Below are positions 25,292-27,175 of a DNA stretch of 27,175 nucleotides, piece by piece; positions within the stretch are counted from its first letter, which is position 1; the number at the start of each line of letters is the position of its first letter. The notes below the pieces were generated by a model. The model saw nothing but the letters and a program-made list of their open reading frames with translations. It had not been told where the DNA came from and ran no database searches. The DNA comes from Promethearchaeota archaeon. Lineage in GTDB: Archaea; Asgardarchaeota; Lokiarchaeia; Sigyniarchaeales; Promethearchaeaceae. The translations under genes and the position numbers were made by a program. The stretch is taken from contig JAFGBS010000016.1 in assembly GCA_016933055.1 (NCBI GenBank), positions 1 to 27,175 of the forward strand. The letters are read 5' to 3'.

Positions 25292-26023
25292 CTAAATAAT
25301 AAATACATTCCAAAATAAGAAAATATACAAACTGATAAAAAGCAACCATTCCCAAAATGGAAAAGAGAATAAGGGTGCTTTTCCCGGAAAGGGTTCTAAA
25401 TCTTTGTTTTTCTTGCATTTTTTCTGCCATAGCCAGTTAAACAAAAAAAATCCAATTAGCACACCCACGAATATTAGAAATGGGGGTACCCAATTATACA
25501 GAGGACGTTGAAATGGATTGAATACATATGCAAATCCTACAATCAAATTTGCTACGATAAATGTGGCGAATGTAATTACGGCAGCTACATTATGCAATCT
25601 ACCCGATTTCAGATCTTGAATGAAATTTCCCCCAGCTAATTCCCTATCGGTGTCTGTATCGGTGAAAATGCTAACCAAGATACCAAATAATGTGGAGATT
25701 GCAGCAGAGATTATCATCATCCATGCTGCTACCAGAGAGAATGTTAGCAAATATCGGAAAATGTAGAGATTCAATGGAATATCCGCAATCGTTATCCATA
25801 TTATTGCAATGCTGAAAAAATACCATCCTTTTGGATTTCTAAATTCTTCTTTTGATCCTAAAAAACTCATAGTATGGGTCATAATACTGTAGTTGTTCTC
25901 TTGTGGATAGGTGAACCGAGCCAATCCCAGAAATGTCAGAAATACCAGAATTTGGATAATTACATAGATTATAAGTTGTGTTGATGTGAACTGACCGATG
26001 AAGATCTGCCAGAATTTAGACAT
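25292..26023 (-). CDS. DUF998-like (Frag1/DRAM/Sfk1 clan) membrane protein, paralog B
   Basis: YSIMTHTMSFLG..NP, LHNVAAVITF; about 6 TM. Confidence 0.6.
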   Translation of the reverse strand: MSKFWQIFIGQFTSTQLIIYVIIQILVFLTFLGLARFTYPQENNYSIMTHTMSFLGSKEEFRNPKGWYFFSIAIIWITIADIPLNLYIFRYLLTFSLVAAWMMIISAAISTLFGILVSIFTDTDTDRELAGGNFIQDLKSGRLHNVAAVITFATFIVANLIVGFAYVFNPFQRPLYNWVPPFLIFVGVLIGFFLFNWLWQKKCKKNKDLEPFPGKAPLFSFPFWEWLLFISLYIFLFWNVFII

Positions 26024-26090
26024 AAATTTTCTTTAGCAGACTTGCTTTTAAGCTTAATTAACGCCGCTAATAAGGAGAAAGAAATTATTA

Positions 26091-26834
26091 CTAAATTATG
26101 AAGACCATCCAGTATATAAAAACTTGGAAAGATAAGTAAAGAGTCCATTCCCACATAGGAAGACTGAAAATGCCCTCTCCTGGCCATGGCTTTAGCTTCT
26201 GATTACTTTTTAATTTTAATTGCCATTTTATTTGGGCCCAGAACATTCCTACAGTAGCACCAAAATAAATCAAAACTGGAGGAAGCCATTGACTGATACT
26301 ACGGATATAAGGATTAAATATATAAATTAATCCAATCGCAAAATTAGCCAGCATGGAAGAACCAAAGGAAAGAATTGCAGCTATATTATGAACCATTCCC
26401 AACTTTAAGTCTTTGAAAAAATTTCCCCCGATTTTTCTGTCCTCTTCTTTATCTGGGAATAAACCTACGATTATACCAGACAAAATTCCAATTCCATAAA
26501 AGAGAATGACTACATATGCTCCAAAAATAGAAAAAGTAACCAAGTGACGAAACATGAATATAGTGAGTGGAATGTTAGTGATCATTTTCCAAACAATTCC
26601 AATATTGAAAAAGAAATAACCATGGGGATTATGGACTTCATCGGGGCTGCCAAGAAAAGACATCGTTGAATCCATGATGGAGTAATGGTTCTTTTTCGGA
26701 TACATTATATAGGCTGCAATCATGAAACCTACAAATAGAGCTAGCTGGATCACCACATAATAAGTGAGAATGGGTGGACTAGAAAAAGTTCCTATTATAA
26801 TTTCAGTAATTATGCGTAAAAAAGGTGGATCCAT
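26091..26834 (-). CDS. DUF998-like membrane protein, paralog A
   Basis: YSIMDSTMSFLG..NP, VHNIAAILSF; about 6 TM; clear similarity to 25292..26023. Confidence 0.6.
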   Translation of the reverse strand: MDPPFLRIITEIIIGTFSSPPILTYYVVIQLALFVGFMIAAYIMYPKKNHYSIMDSTMSFLGSPDEVHNPHGYFFFNIGIVWKMITNIPLTIFMFRHLVTFSIFGAYVVILFYGIGILSGIIVGLFPDKEEDRKIGGNFFKDLKLGMVHNIAAILSFGSSMLANFAIGLIYIFNPYIRSISQWLPPVLIYFGATVGMFWAQIKWQLKLKSNQKLKPWPGEGIFSLPMWEWTLYLSFQVFIYWMVFII

Positions 26835-27175
26835 GTGATTGCCCCTCCAAGTTCTCTAGAGTAAGATGTGGCATAAAAACCATCGGGATGCCAATCTTTA
26901 TAGCTATATGTTTAGATAAATAGTGAAATAAATAACTTCTCAATGCAAATAAAATTCCAGTAAAAAATCTGGGTCATTTATGTTTTTATGGTTTGTTACT
27001 TCTACATAATATTTGTCATATCTACATAAAAAAGTCTCAAGAAAAAAAAGTAAAAAGAGATTAATCTACATTTGTCGAACCAAATCGCATTTTTTTTCAT
27101 ACGCCAGATGTATAAAGGGGTAACTATACTGTACGCGGTGTGTTTGGTTAGCAGTTCTAATGGTTGCATGGAAAA

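Noticed and set aside
24400-26187. ORFs 24400..24597, 24700..24888, 24975..25220 and 25969..26187
   Set aside because: They overlap better-supported genes in another frame or strand and have no RBS or recognisable motif.
26835-27175. Terminal intergenic region with a TGGCAT-N13-ATGCCA inverted repeat and a possible gene start at the edge
   Set aside because: The repeat is too short to be significant, and any ORF is cut by the window end.

Overview
AT-rich, gene-dense prokaryotic DNA, most likely from an Asgard archaeon (Lokiarchaeia/Promethearchaeota-like). This assignment is inferred from an Orc1/Cdc6 gene, a GIFT/IFT52-like protein, an SCP2-fused flavoenzyme, coiled-coil/Zn-ribbon and TPR-like orphans, GGAGG/GGTGA ribosome-binding sites and TATA-like promoters. 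I support about 25 CDSs and found no rRNA, tRNA, CRISPR array or transposase. The standout is a putative sterol/isoprenoid-lipid-modifying module at about 9.7-15.5 kb. It comprises an OYE-family ene-reductase fused to an SCP2 lipid-carrier domain, then a coupled operon of DUF1295 (steroid-5-alpha-reductase-like), an EXPERA protein (TMEM97/EBP-like) and an HSD17B12/KAR-like SDR. The ORF track hides the EXPERA-SDR structure. The true EXPERA N-terminus (ATG 14071) joins the rest through a -1 frameshift in a T7 run, there is no stop between EXPERA and SDR, and an in-frame TGA cuts 26 family-like residues off the SDR. A palindromic operator-like site abuts the operon TATA box, and a 3-beta-HSD-like gene remnant lies at 2.4-2.6 kb. 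All family assignments come from motif recognition by eye; no searches were run. Several lesions could be sequencing errors, and the window begins with a 65-nt poly-A that suggests an assembly artefact.
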